Shown here: positions 49,163 through 61,440 of the stretch, one piece after another
How the letters are laid out: each line of letters starts with the position of its first letter
How positions within the stretch are numbered: position 1 is the stretch's first letter
NCBI RefSeq assembly: GCF_963921235.1
Contig: NC_086108.1
Coordinates: forward strand, 112,408,001-112,472,000
Reading direction: 5' to 3'
DNA length: 64,000 bases
Source of the DNA: Mobula hypostoma
Lineage: Eukaryota
Made by a program: the position numbers and the translations under genes
Notes under the pieces: model-generated
The model's database searches: none
Seen by the model: only the letters and a program-made list of their open reading frames with translations
What the model was told of the DNA's origin: nothing

Positions 49163-50170
49163 TTGTACCTTCCTCTGCAATTGGATCCTCAACTTCCTAA
49201 CCGGAAGACCACAGTCTGTGTGGATTGGTGATAACATCTCCTCCTCGCTGACGATCAACACTGGCGCACCTCAGGGGTGTGTGCTTAGCCTACTGCTCTA
49301 CTCTCTCTATATACACATGACTGTGTGGCTAGGCATAGCTCAAATACCATCTACAAATTTGCTGATGATACAACCATTGTTGGTAGAACTTCAGGTGGTG
49401 ACGAGAGGGCGTACAGGTGTGAGATATGCCAACTAGTGGAGTGGTGCTGCAGCTACAACCTGGCACTCAACGTCAGTAAGACGAAAGAGCTGATTGTGGA
49501 CTTCAGGAAGGGCAAGACAAAGGAACACACACCAATCCTCATAGAGGGATCGGAAGTAGAGAGAGTGAGCAGCTTCAAGTTCCTGGGTGTCAAGATCTCT
49601 GAGGATCTAACCTGGTCCCAATATATTGATGTATTTATAAAGAGGGCAAGACAGTGACTATACTTCATTTGGAGCTTGGCATGTCAACAAATATACCCAA
49701 AAACTTCTATAGATATATCATGGAGAGCATTCTGACAGTCTGGTATGGAGGGGCTACTGCACAGGACCGAAAGAAGCTGCAGAGGGTTATAAATCTAGTC
49801 AGCTCCATCTTAGGCACTAGCCAACAAAGTACCCAGGCCATCTTCAAGGATCAGTGTCTCAGAAAGGCAGCGTCCATTATTAAGGACCTCCAGCACCCAG
49901 GGCATGCCCTTTTCTCATTGTTACAATCAGGTAGGAGATACAGAAGCCTGAAGGCGCACACTCAGCGATTCAGGAACAGCTTCTTCCCCTCTGTCATCCG
50001 ATTCCTAAATGGACATTGAATCTTTGGACACTACCTCACTTCCTTTAATTACAGTATTTCTGTTTTTTTGCAAATTTTTTAATCTATTCAATATACATAT
50101 ACTGTAATTGAATTACTTATTTTTTTCTTTAAATTTTGTTTTTTTTCTTCTATATTATGTATTGCATTGG
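49163..50170 (+). mobile_element. Rex1/Babar-type LINE RT 3' half
   Basis: [67 protein letters not shown]. Confidence 0.9.
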
Positions 50171-50370
50171 ATGTTCGAAATTCTGTGTTCTATATTCGAT
50201 GTTCTATGTTCTATGTTCTCTGTTCGAAGTTCTGTGTTTGATGTTCTATGTTCCATGTTTTATGTTCAATGTTCTGTGTTCTATGTTTGATGTTATGTGA
50301 AGTCCTGTGTTCTGTGTTCTATGTTCAATGTTTGATGATCTATGTTCTATGTTCTGTGTTCCCTGTTCTA
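50171..50370. repeat. Degenerate (TGTTCTA)n heptamer repeat
   Basis: Runs of gttctat/gttctgt/gttcgat. Confidence 0.85.
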
Positions 50371-51442
50371 TTACACAGTGTGGCTTGCATTGCCTTGACT
50401 CTGGCGATGTGCTGGGAGCCACCCACAGGTGTCAACATAGCATGCTCACAACTTAATAGCCCTTACTAATCCATACATCTTTGGGTTAAGGGTGAAAGGT
50501 GAAGTGTTTAAGGGGAACCTGAGGGAAAATTAATCATTCAATGGATGGTGAGGGTGTGGAACAATCTGCCAGTGGAAGTGATAGATATGGATTCAATTTC
50601 AACATTTAAGAGAAATTTGGATCGGTACATGGATGGCAGGGATATGGAGGGTGATGGTCCAGGCACAGGTCGATGGGACCAGGCAAAGTAATAGATCTGC
50701 ACAGACTAGATGAGCCAAATAGCCTGTTTCTGTGTGTAGTGTTCTAAGACTCTAATCGCATCAAATGCCAAGTTCAAATACTCAGATCTCCTCTGAAAGA
50801 TTTAGAGATTGGAAAAGAGCCAGTGCTAGTGGTCAACAAACAAACGACCGTGTCACACATTGATACATTCTCATCCTGTTCACTTTCCTCTGGTGGCAAC
50901 AGAAAGATCTCCTCTTGTTATTTTTGGTTGAGTATTATTTCCTCTACGGAAACAGTTAATGTATGATGACTTCCCGTGCAGAACTGTAGAATTGTATGGC
51001 AATTTGAAATGCATTTAAGGTGAGAGAGGCAAGTTTTTTTACACAGAGTGGTGGTTGTCTGGAATGTGCTGCCTGGGGTGGCAGTAGAGGCAGAAATATT
51101 AGAAACTTTTAAGACTCTAATGAATGTGAGGAAATTGGAAGGATAGGGAGATTGTGTAGCCAGAGGAGATTCGTTTAGAATACTGATTTATTTGATTTGG
51201 TATAACATTGTGGGCCGAAGAGCCCGTTCTTGTTCTTGTTCTATGTTCTCAGTTGGATTGTCTTGCTCACATGTGAGGGGGTTAATATTTCACCCAGTGT
51301 AACTTCCAATAACCATGGGGCAGGTCTTTCTCTGCTGGGGATAAGTTAGTGAGAAGCTAGAATGAGGGGATTAAATATAGAACACAGAACATAAAACATG
51401 GAACACTACAGCATATTACAGCCCCTTTGGCCAACAACGTGA

Positions 51443-51712
51443 GGCAGCACAGTGGTGTAGTGGTTAGCAGGGTTCAATTCCCACTGCCGCCTGTAAGGAG
51501 TTGAGTATTCTCCCTGTGACCACATGGGTTTCCCCCAGCTACTCTGTTTTTTTTTCCCATCATCCAAAGATGTTCCAGTTGGTAGGTTAATTGGTCATTG
51601 TAAATTATCCCGTAATTAAGCTGGGGTTGAAGTGAGGGATTGCTGGGCAGCACGGCTCGAAGGGCCAGAAGGGCCCTGGGGTCCACACAGTTTCTCAATA
51701 AATAATAAAAAA
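51443..51712 (+). mobile_element. tRNA-derived V-SINE-like element with A-rich tail
   Basis: ggcagcacagtggtgtagtggttagc (A box), gggttcaattccc (B box), tgtaaggagtt...ccaaagatgttccagttggtaggttaattggtcattgtaaatt, aataaataataaaaaaa. Confidence 0.8.
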
Positions 51713-51955
51713 AACAGTGTTACACTGACCCTTTTGATCTACTCTAAGATCAATCCAACCCTTCCATCCGGCATAACCACCCACGTTTTCTTTCACCCAT
51801 GCCCCTGGCAGTCACACACCCACCACACTAGGTAAAAAAAACTACCTCTGATATCCCCCCTATACTTTCCTACAGTCACCATGTCCTCTCATATGGAAAA
51901 TGCCTTTGGCTGTCTACTCAGTTATGCCTCTGATCATCCTGTAAACCTCTATCAA

Positions 51956-54900
51956 TGTTATGTTTTGTAACTCCAAAACTAATGGAAAGAAAAACAGAGG
52001 AGCCTGGGAAGACAAGTCTCTGATTCGTTTTACTTTAGTGAGATTTGATGTGGTGGTGTAATGACGTATGCCATTCACTTACTTCTTACATCTAACCCAT
52101 CATGAATTATGTAAACAAAGAAAGAATGCTTCATCAAAACAATATATTTACAATATCTCTCAAATATTACAGAAATATTAAATACACAACTCTCCCCCCT
52201 GTTTAGCTATAAACTCCAACTCAATATAGAATGCATCTCAACTACAATATGTTACGTATTGCTCTCTATATATACTGTAAACAATGTACAGCAACTATTA
52301 TATAGACATCAACAGCATAATAAACTTTAGACTGTCTCAATCAGGCCTAAAGATTTAATCGCTGTGGAGGCTTTCTTACTCTTGTGGGATAATATTGTTC
52401 CTGATGAGAGAGGTGATTCTGCTTGGCAGGTGTGACCATAAGACCATAAGACATAGGAGCAGAATTAGGCCATTCAGCCCATCAAGTTTGCACCACCTTT
52501 CCATTATTGCTGATCCTGGATCCCACTCAACCCCATTCACCTCCCTTATCGCCATATTCTTTGATGCCCTCACTGATCAGGAAATGATCAACTTCCGCCT
52601 TAAATATATGCATGGACTTGGTCTCCACTGCAGGTTGTGGCAGAGCATTGCACAGATTCACTACTCTCTGGCTAAAAAAATTCTTCCTTGCCTCTGTTCT
52701 AAAGGGTCACCCCTCAATTTTGAGGCTGTGCCCTCTAGTTCTAGATACCCCCTACATCCTTTCCATATCCGCCCTATCTAGTCCTTTCAACATTCAGTGG
52801 GTTTCAATAAGATCCCCCCCCCCAATTCTTCTAAATTCCAGTGAGTACAGGCCCAAAGCTGCCAAAAGCTCCTCATATATTAACCCCTTCGTTCCTGAAA
52901 TCATCCTCGTGAACCTCCTCTGGACTCTCTCCAATGACAACACATCCTTTCTGAGATATGGGGCCCAAACCTGTTGACAATACTCCAAGTACAGCCTGAC
53001 TAGTATCTCATAAAGCCTCAGCATTATCTTTTGCTTTTATATTCTATTCCTCTTGAAATAAATGCCAACATTGCATTTGCCTTCTCTACCACAGATTCAA
53101 CCTGTAAATTAACCTTCTGGGAGTCTTGCACAAGGTCTCCCAAGACCCTCTGCCCCTCTGATGTTAGAAACTTCTCCCCATTTAGATAATAGTCCACACT
53201 ATTGTTCCTTTTACCAAAATGTGTTATCATACATTTCCCAACGCTGTATTCCACCTGCGACTTTTTTGTCCATTCGTCCAATTTGTCTAGGTCCTGCTGC
53301 ATTTGCATTGCTTCCTCAGCACTACCTACCCCTCCACCTATATCATCTGCAAACTTCGCCACAAAGCCACCAATTCCATTATCCAAGTCATCGACAAGCA
53401 ATTGGAAAAGTAACAGTCCCAATACTGACCCCTGAAGAACACCACTAGTCACTGGCAGCCAACCAAAAAAGGCCCCCTTTATTCCCAATTGCTGCCTCCT
53501 GCCTGTCAGCCATTCCTCTATCCATGTCAGTAGCTTTCCTGTAATGCCATAGGATTTTATCTTGTTAAGCAGCCTCGTGTGTGGCACTTTATCAAATGCC
53601 TTCTGAAAATCCGAGTGAATGACATCCACTGCCTCTCCTTTGTCCACCCTGCTTGTTACTTCCTCAAAGGACTCTAACAGATTTGTCAGGCAAGATTTGC
53701 CTTTACAGAAACAATGCTGACTTTGACTTATATTATCATTAGTTTTCAAGTACCTTGAAACCTCATCCTTAATAGTAGATTCCAACACTTTCCCAAGCTC
53801 TGAGGTTAGGCTAACTGGCCTATAATTTCCTTTCTTTTGCCTTCCTCACTTCTTAAAGAGTGGAGTGACATTTGCAATCTTCCAGTCCTCCGGGACCATG
53901 CCAGAATCAGGTGATTCTTGAAAGATCATGACCAATGCAACGTTATCTCTTCAGCAAATTCTTTCAAGACTCTGGGATGTAGTCCATCTGGTCCAGATGA
54001 CCTATCCACTTTAAGACCTTTGAGTTTGCCTAGTATTTTTTCCTTTGTAATGGCAATGACACTCGCTCCTGCTCCCTGACACTCACAGACCTTGGGAACA
54101 CTGCTAGTGTCTTCCACAGTGAAGATAGATGCAAAGTACCTGTTAAAGTCATCTGCCATTTCTTTGTCTCCCATTGCTACCTCACCAGCATCAATTTCCA
54201 GTTGTCGAATATCAACTCTCACCTCCGTTTTACTCTTTATTTAACTGAAAATACTTCTGATATCCTGCTTTATATTATTGGCTAGTCTGTCATATTTCAT
54301 CTTTTCCCTTCTTATAGATTTTTTTAGTTGCCTCTTGTTGGATTTTAAAAGCTTCCCAATCATCCAACTTCCCACTCACTTTTGCTGTCTGTATGTGCCC
54401 TTTCCTTGGCTTTTATGCAGTCCTTAACTTCCTTTGTCAGCCACAGTTGCCTACCCCTGCCCATTTGAGAACTTCTTCCTCTGTGGTACATTTCTATCCT
54501 GTACCTTGTGAACTATTCCCAGAAACTTCAGCCATCTCTGCTCTGCCAGCATCCTCCTCCAATCCACCTGGGCAAGCTCCTCTCTCATGCCTCTGTAATT
54601 CCCTTTATTCCGTTGCAATAAAGATACATGTGAATTACATTTCTCCCTCTCAAATTGCAGTACGATTTCAGTCATATTATGATCACTGCCTCCTAAGGGT
54701 TCCTTTACATTAAGCTCCCTAATAAGATCCGGGTTATTACACAACACCCAGACTTGTGACTGTGAAATAATCTCAGGTCCTGGGGCATCTTCCATGGTGG
54801 TTATGGGAGTTGACTTTGGGTCTGCAGGAAGTAGTTCTGAATGGTCCGGCAAAGCATACACGGATCCTCTGCCAGAACAATGCTGGCCATTCCAGGAATG

Positions 54901-55303
54901 GAGAGGCACTGCTCTTGGCATCCGGAACAGTGCATAGCAAGCTGCTCAATCCGCTGATCTATCCCAGGCCACCAATCAAAGCTTTGAGCTAATAGCCAAT
55001 GCTTTCGTTGTGACTACACCCAGGTGACCAGCATGTAGCTCCTCCGACTCTTTAGATCTCAGCTTGCATGGCATAACTCTCAATTGCCAAAGAAGGCAAC
55101 CTCCGTCAAGGGCAAATTCATACCAGCGCTGGATTTTATGCTGTACATTCCAGCCATGCATGTCTGAGACAGTGTGGGGTCCTTCCTGGTTTCCCTTTGG
55201 ATCATCTCTGCTGTAAAGTGGAGACGTTCGATTTGTATTGGGGAGAATTCGTCAAGAGGGGTGTTCTCTTTCGTAAGGTTTTCAGGTGTTTCCTTTTCCA
55301 AGG
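51956..55303 (-). mobile_element. Fragmented Gypsy LTR retrotransposon: 3' LTR (51956-52190), PPT and integrase remnant, interrupted by CR1
   Basis: Minus-strand PPT AGGGGGGAGA (52200-52191) abuts an LTR ending in CA; integrase zinc-finger peptide ELHAGHLGVVTTKALA and IQRETRKDPTLSQ at 54976-55300. Confidence 0.75.
52436..54750 (-). mobile_element. CR1 LINE, degenerate, nested in Gypsy
   Basis: ORFs 53024-53788 ([16 protein letters not shown]), 53926-54222, GSDHN; ccataaga tail at 52436. Confidence 0.92.
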
Positions 55304-55305
55304 TA

Positions 55306-56930
55306 CAGTGCCCATAAAAAGTATTCACCTCCCCCCCCCCCGGAAGTTTCCATGTTTTATTGTTTTACAGCATTGAATCACAGTGGATTTAATTTGACTT
55401 TTTTTGACACTGATCAACAAAACAAGACTCATGTGTCAAAGTGAAAACAGATCTCTACAAAGTGATCTAGATTAATTACAAATATAAAACACTAAATAAT
55501 TGATTGCATAAACATTCACCCCCTTTATTATGACATACCAAATCATCACATGTGCAGCCAAATGGGTTTAGAAGTCACATAATTAGTTAAGTGGAGATCA
55601 CCTGTGTGCAGTTAAGGTGTTTCAATTGATTGTAGTAAAAATACACTAGTATCTGGAAGGTCCAACTGCTGGTGAGTCAGTACCCTGGCAAAAACTACAC
55701 CATGAAGACAAGAACACTCCAAACAACTCCACAAAAAGGTTATTGAAAAGCACAAGTCAGGACAAGGATACAAGAAAATTTCTGAGTGACTGAATGTCCC
55801 TTGTAGTACAATAAAATCAATCATCAAGAACCGGAAAGAATATGGCACAGCTGTAAATCTGCCTAGAGCAGGCCATCCTCAAAAACTGAGTGACCGTGCA
55901 AGAAGGGGACTAGCGAGGGAGGCCATCAAGAGACCTATGGCAACTCTGGAGGAGTTACAAGCTTCAGTGGCTGAGACAGGAGAGACTGCACATACAACTG
56001 TTGCCCAGGGCTTCACCAATTGCAGCTTTATGGAGAGCAGCAAAGAGAAAGCCATTGTTGAAAAATAAACTCACATGAAATCTCAGCTACAGCTTGCCAG
56101 AAGGAATGTAGGAGACTCTGTAGTCTGCTGGAAGAAGGTTTTATGGTCTGATGAAACCAAAATTGAGCTTTTTGTTCATCAGACTAAATGATATGTTTGG
56201 CGTAAAGACTGAACATAATCAAAAACACTCCATCCCTACCATGAAGCATGGATGTGGCTGCATCGTGCTGTGGGGATGCTTCACTGCAGCAGGCCCTGGA
56301 AGGCTTGTGAAGGTAGAGGGTAAAATGAATGCAGCAAAATCCTGGAGGAAAACCTGATGCAATCTGCAAGGGGACTGCAACTTGGGAAAAGATTTGTTTT
56401 CCAGCAAGACAATGACCCCAAGCATAAAGCCAAAGATACACAGGAATGGCTTAAAAACAACAAAGTTAATGTCCTGGAGTGGCCAAGTCAGAGTCCAGAC
56501 CTCAATCCAATTGAGAATTTGTGGCTGGACTTGAAAAGGCCTGTTCACTTACGATCCCTCTGCAATCTGACAGAACTTGAGCAGTTTTGTAAGGTAGAAT
56601 GGAGAAAACTTGCAGTGTCCAGATGTGCAAAGCTGCTGGAGACCTATCCACACAGACTCAAGGCTGTAATTGCTGCCAAAGGTGCATCTCCTAGATACTG
56701 ATTTGAAGGGGGTGAGTAATTATGCAATCAATTATCTTGTGTTTAATATCTGTAATTAATTTAGATCACTTTGTAGAGATCTGTTTTTATTTTGACACGA
56801 AAGACTCTTTTTCTGTTGATCAGTGTCAAAAAAGTCACATTAAATCCACTGTGTTTCAATGTTGTAAAACAATAAAACAAGAAAACTTCCAGGGCGGGGG
56901 GGCGGTGGTGAATACATTTTACAGGCACTG
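55306..56930 (+). mobile_element. Full-length Tc1/mariner DNA transposon (Passport-like, long IR/DR-type TIRs)
   Basis: TA|CAGTGCCCATAAAAAGTATTCACC ... GGTGAATACATTTTACAGGCACTG|CA; ~220-bp imperfect TIRs; 1625 bp. Confidence 0.95.
55702..56701 (+). pseudogene. Tc1 DD34E-type transposase, frameshifted
   Basis: ATG AAG ACA start, GYKKIS, WSDETK, TMKHG.G.I.LWGCF, FQQDNDPKH, WPSQSPDLNPIENLW, RLKAVIAAKG. Confidence 0.9.
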
Positions 56931-57417
56931 CATATGGAACAGTCCACTTGGAACGGTGTCGTTAATCTTCCTTCTCTGATTCTGACAAAAGGAGAACAAA
57001 ATGATGGCAGATCACCTTCCTATCAATTCTCTCCACTCTTCTTCCCCTTCTCTCTCTCTTTCTCTCTCTCTCAGCCCCTCCTTGTCCCTCTCTTCCTCAT
57101 CCCTTGTCCTTCCTCCCTTTGACTCTCCTCCCCTCCATTTGCCCTCATCTCCTCTCTTCACTTCCTTCTGCACCCTCTCCCACCCTCTCCTTTTCCTGTC
57201 CCCTCCTCCCTGCTTCCTTTGTATTTGCCAAGTTTGTTGGCTGTTTGTCTGTCCCGTTGGGTGCAGCCTTTCACTGATTCTATTATCCCTGTATGTCTTT
57301 ACTGTGAATGCCCACAAGAAAATAAATCTCAGGGTAGTATACGTACCTTAATAATAAAGTTACCTTGTTTCAAACAAAAGGAATGGTACATTACAAAATC
57401 AGACAGCAAGCTGATGG

Positions 57418-57612
57418 AAACAACAGGAATTCTGCAGATGCTGAAAATTCAAGCAACACACATCAAAGTTGCTGGTGAACGCAGCAGGCCAAGCAGCATC
57501 TATAGGAAGAGGCGCAGTCGACGTGTCAGGACGAAGGGTCTCGACCTGAAACGTCGACTGCGCCTCTTCCTATAGATGCTGCTTGGCCTGCTGCGTTCAC
57601 CAGCAACTTTGA
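57418..57612. mobile_element. Second palindromic PLE-end mini-insertion (hammerhead core disrupted)
   Basis: 13-bp TSD AGCAAGCTGATGG at 57405-57417 and 57613-57625; arms 57463-57530 and 57545-57612, 14-nt loop. Confidence 0.9.
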
Positions 57613-58029
57613 AGCAAGCTGATGGGTTCATCTCACTCTGCTGTCACGAACTGCCTTTATCTGGCAGCAAAATACTGGTGGAGAGCCTGTGCTTTCAGAC
57701 TGCGGAGAACGTCAGGCTGACAGGCTTTCCCCTACAAATTATCAGCGAAATATGACTAGGAAACAATTCTAATCCCCACTCTGACACCACCTAGCGCAGT
57801 GCATACAGCCGCTCCGTCACGATTTCAGAGACCCGGGATCAATCCTGACCTCTGTCTCCGTCTGTATGGAGTTTGCACATAGTTGTGTGCCCATGTGGGT
57901 TTCCCCAGGTGCCCCCACACCCCAAAGATGTGCAGGTCTGTGGGGAAATTGTCCTTGGTGTGAGTGAGGAGCGGAACCTGAGGTGAGCTAATGGGAATGT
58001 GGGGGTTAGTATAGGACTGGGGTCAATGG

Positions 58030-58778
58030 GGGCTTCTGTTGGTGAGAGTGGGGAAGTAAGGTGGGATGGTCAGTCCTTCTGGTGTCAGTGGGGGAGTGGA
58101 GTGGTCAGTCATTCCGCTAGGTCAGTGGGGAGTGGGGTGGGCTGGTCAGTTATTCTGCTGGTGTCAGTGGGGTTGGCGTCGTCGGTCCTTCTGATGGGGG
58201 TGGGGTAGTCGGTCCTTCTGCTCGGGTAAGTGGGGGAGTGGGGTGGTCAGTCCTCCTGCTGGTGTCAGTGGGGAGCGGGGTTGGGTGGTCGTTGCTTCTG
58301 AGGGTGTCAGTGGGGAGTGGTTTCTTGGTCCTTCTGCTGGTGTCAGTGGGGAGTCAAGTGGGGTGATTGGTCCTTCTGCTGGTGTCAGTGGGGAGTCGAG
58401 TGGGGTGATTGGTCCTTCTGTTGGTGTCAGTGGGGGAGTGGGGTGGTTGTTCCTAGTGTCAGTGGGGAGTGGTGTGGTGTGGGGTGGTCGGTCCTTCTGC
58501 TTGTGTCAGTGGGGGTCAGATGGGGTGGTCAGTGCTTCTGCTGGTGTCAGTGGGGGTGGGGTGGTCAGCGCTTCTGCTGGTGTCAGTGGGGGAGTGGATT
58601 TGTCTGTCCTGGTGGTGTCGGTGGGGGAGTGGGGTGGTTGTTCCTAGTGTCAGTGGGGAGTGGTGTGGTGTGGGGTGGTCGGTCCTTCTGCTTGTGTCAG
58701 TGGGGGTCGGATGGGGTGGTCAGCGCTTCTGCTTGTGTCAGTGGGTCAGGGGTGGTCGGTCCCCCACTGACACCAGCA
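58030..58778. repeat. G/T-rich degenerate minisatellite (~35-45-bp units) ending in an inverted unit
   Basis: Repeated ggtccttctgctggtgtcagtggggagtggggt; 58761-58778 cccccactgacaccagca is its reverse complement. Confidence 0.85.
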
Positions 58779-59069
58779 AATCTCTGCCCTTACCAGTCCT
58801 GCACTGAGCATTATTGAACCAGGTTCCGCCTCCCATTAAGACAGCTCACTGCTCAACGACCCATGAACCCATGACCCTCCTCTGTGTGCGTGCGTGATAA
58901 TAAACCCGATTCCAATTCCGATTGAGAGTGTGTTCAGAGGGAAACCAACTCATTGCCTCCCCTTGAATTCTTTCTCCAAACCGATACCCCTCCGATGGGT
59001 TAAGAGGGGATGTTTCTTGTCACACAACAGTTCCTGCAGAATATATCATTAGGTTGGGATCACTAGAAT

Positions 59070-59503
59070 AATACCAGAATGAAGGGTTTGATGTATGAGG
59101 GGTGTTTGATGGCTCTGGGCCTGTACTCACTGGAGTTTAGACAAATGAGGGGAGGATTTCATTGAAAGGACTATATAGAGTGAATATGGAGAGGATATTT
59201 CCTATAGTGAGGGAGTCTAGGACCAGTGTGCACATTCTCAGATTAGAGGGACGTCCATTTAGAACAGAGGTGAGGAATTTGTTCAGCCAGAGGGTGGTGA
59301 ATCTGGAATTCATTGCCACAGACAGCTGAGGAGGCCAGCCACTGGGTATTAAAGTGGAGATTTATAGGTTTACGATTAGTCAGGGTGTCAAAGGTTACAA
59401 GAAGACAGGAGAATAGGGTTGAGGGGGATAATAAATCAGTCATGATGGAATGGTGGAGCAGAATTGATGGGCCGAATGGTTTAAATCTGCTCCTGTATCT
59501 TAT
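59070..59503 (+). mobile_element. Decayed CR1 3' end
   Basis: ctgggcctgtactcactggagtttaga, ttcagccagagggtggtgaatctg. Confidence 0.8.
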
Positions 59504-59715
59504 AGGATAAAACCATGAACTGATCCCACTCCACTAGGTTAAGAGGGAGTTTTTTACCTCATGCAACAGATCTGTGGAATATACCCACCCTGCTCATGGA
59601 CTGTTTGTCCCACTCCCATCTGGGAAGTTACACAGCATCCACACCAGGACCACCAGGACCACCAGACTCAAAACCAGCTACTTTCCCCAGGCAGTGAGGC
59701 TGATCAACACCTCCA

Positions 59716-59862
59716 CCCACTAACCCACCCCTCCACACCCCCAACCACTAACCCACCCCTCCACACCCCTGACCACTAACCCACCCCTCCACACCCCCAA
59801 CCACTAACCCACCCCTCCACACCCCCGACCACTAACCCACCCCTCCACACCCCCAACCACCA
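59716..59862. repeat. 28-bp C-rich tandem repeat (~5 units) inside a LINE 3' remnant
   Basis: CCACTAACCCACCCCTCCACACCCCCAA repeated. Confidence 0.9.
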
Positions 59863-61050
59863 CTACTTCATCATTACCTGTCAGTCACCTTATGTACAGA
59901 CACTCCTGTGCCTCGCGTCACTTTATGGAGATACATTTGATCTAGTTCCTAGTGCTAGTTTAATTGTCACTCAACCATGAATACAGACAAATGAAGCAGC
60001 ATTACACTGGGGCCAAGGTGCAAAACACAGTACCAACAGCACATAGCACAAGGCATGTATAGCACATATCAGTAAAATACAGCCACACAAAAAAATTTGT
60101 ACATGAATGTTGCAGAAATCTGCATTTGAACACAATACGGCTTGTCTCCTGCCAAGCAAACACTGGGGGAAGGCACTGACTCCAGCTCTGATGCCACAAC
60201 ACACCACCTCCGGTGAAGCGCATCGACTCCCGTGCCTCCCTCCTGAGCAGCTGAAAACAGGCAACACCGTGGCTTGAGGCCACACAGCTCTCCTGCCATC
60301 CGCCAACAAACCAGTGAATCAGACGTGCAGTATTCCATATTACCAATGTCCAGCAGGGTCTTGTGATCACAAGGAAAACAATTAAGACAATCACTGGCTA
60401 TTAGACCGCACACTGCCTTCGCACACCAATTCTGATGCCTCTCTGCAGCACCACGGTCTGCACCAAGTCCAGCTGCTTCACTTCCTCCACCAACGAGCAA
60501 CTTGCAGATGGGGAGGACCCACAGAAGCTGCTGCACCACCATCTTTACTGGAAGTGCGTGTGTGTGAATGTATATATGTATGTCAGCCATCTTAAGTGTT
60601 TATATTTATTTTGTTCCTCATCTTATTGTGTGTTTTTTGTGCTGTGTCAGATCTGGAGTAGACAATTATTTTGTTCTCCTTTACACTTGTGTTCTGGAAA
60701 TGACGTCACACAATCTCAAATCACCAGATTGTGTCACATTTTCAGAATCAGGTTTACTATCACTGGCATATGTTGTGAAATTTGTTGTTTGTGGCAACCA
60801 TACATTGCAATGCATAGTAATAAAAACTATAAATTACAAGAAATATATATAAAATTGTAGTGCAAGAAGAGAGTGAGAAGTAATGAGATATTGAATTGAA
60901 TTGACTTTATTTCCTACATCTTTCACATACACGAGCAGTAAAAATCTTTACGTTAGTCTCTGTCTAAATGTGCAATTATAGTAATTTATAATAATAAATT
61001 GAACAGTCATTGTAATATAGAGTACACTCAAATCAGCGTGAGTTTTCATA

Positions 61051-61440
61051 AACAAGAGAAAATCTGCAGAAGCTGGAAATCCAGAGGAACTCAACAGGCC
61101 AGGCAGCATCTATGGAAAGGAGTATAGTCAACATTTTGGGCCAAGACCCTTTATCAGGACTGGAGAACAAAGATGAGGAGTCAGGTGGGGGGAGGGGAGG
61201 AAGAAACACAAGGTGATGGGTGAAAGTGGGGGGGGAGGGTGAAATAAAAAACTAGGAAGCTGATTGGTGGAAGAGGTACAGGGCGAGAGAAGGGGGAATC
61301 TGATAGGAGAGGACAGAAGGCCGTGGAAGAAAGAGGAGGGGGGCAAATGAGCACCAGAGGGAGGCGATGAGCAGGCAAGGAGATAAGGTGAGAGAGGAAA
61401 AAGGGAATGGGGAACGGTGAAGGGGGGAGGCATTACTGGA
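61051..61440 (-). mobile_element. Old PLE 3' end
   Basis: aacaagagaaaatctgcaga...gctggaaatcc end; hammerhead remnant at 61126-61161; purine tract. Confidence 0.75.

Noticed and set aside
51443..51490. tRNA gene
   Set aside because: A and B boxes are present but there is no cloverleaf, and the sequence continues into a SINE body and tail
57999..58817. Gly/Val/Trp-rich ORFs in three frames
   Set aside because: Low-complexity satellite open in several frames with no coding signature
59716..59862. Interstitial telomeric repeat
   Set aside because: Only one TAACCC per 28-bp unit; not a (TTAGGG)n tract
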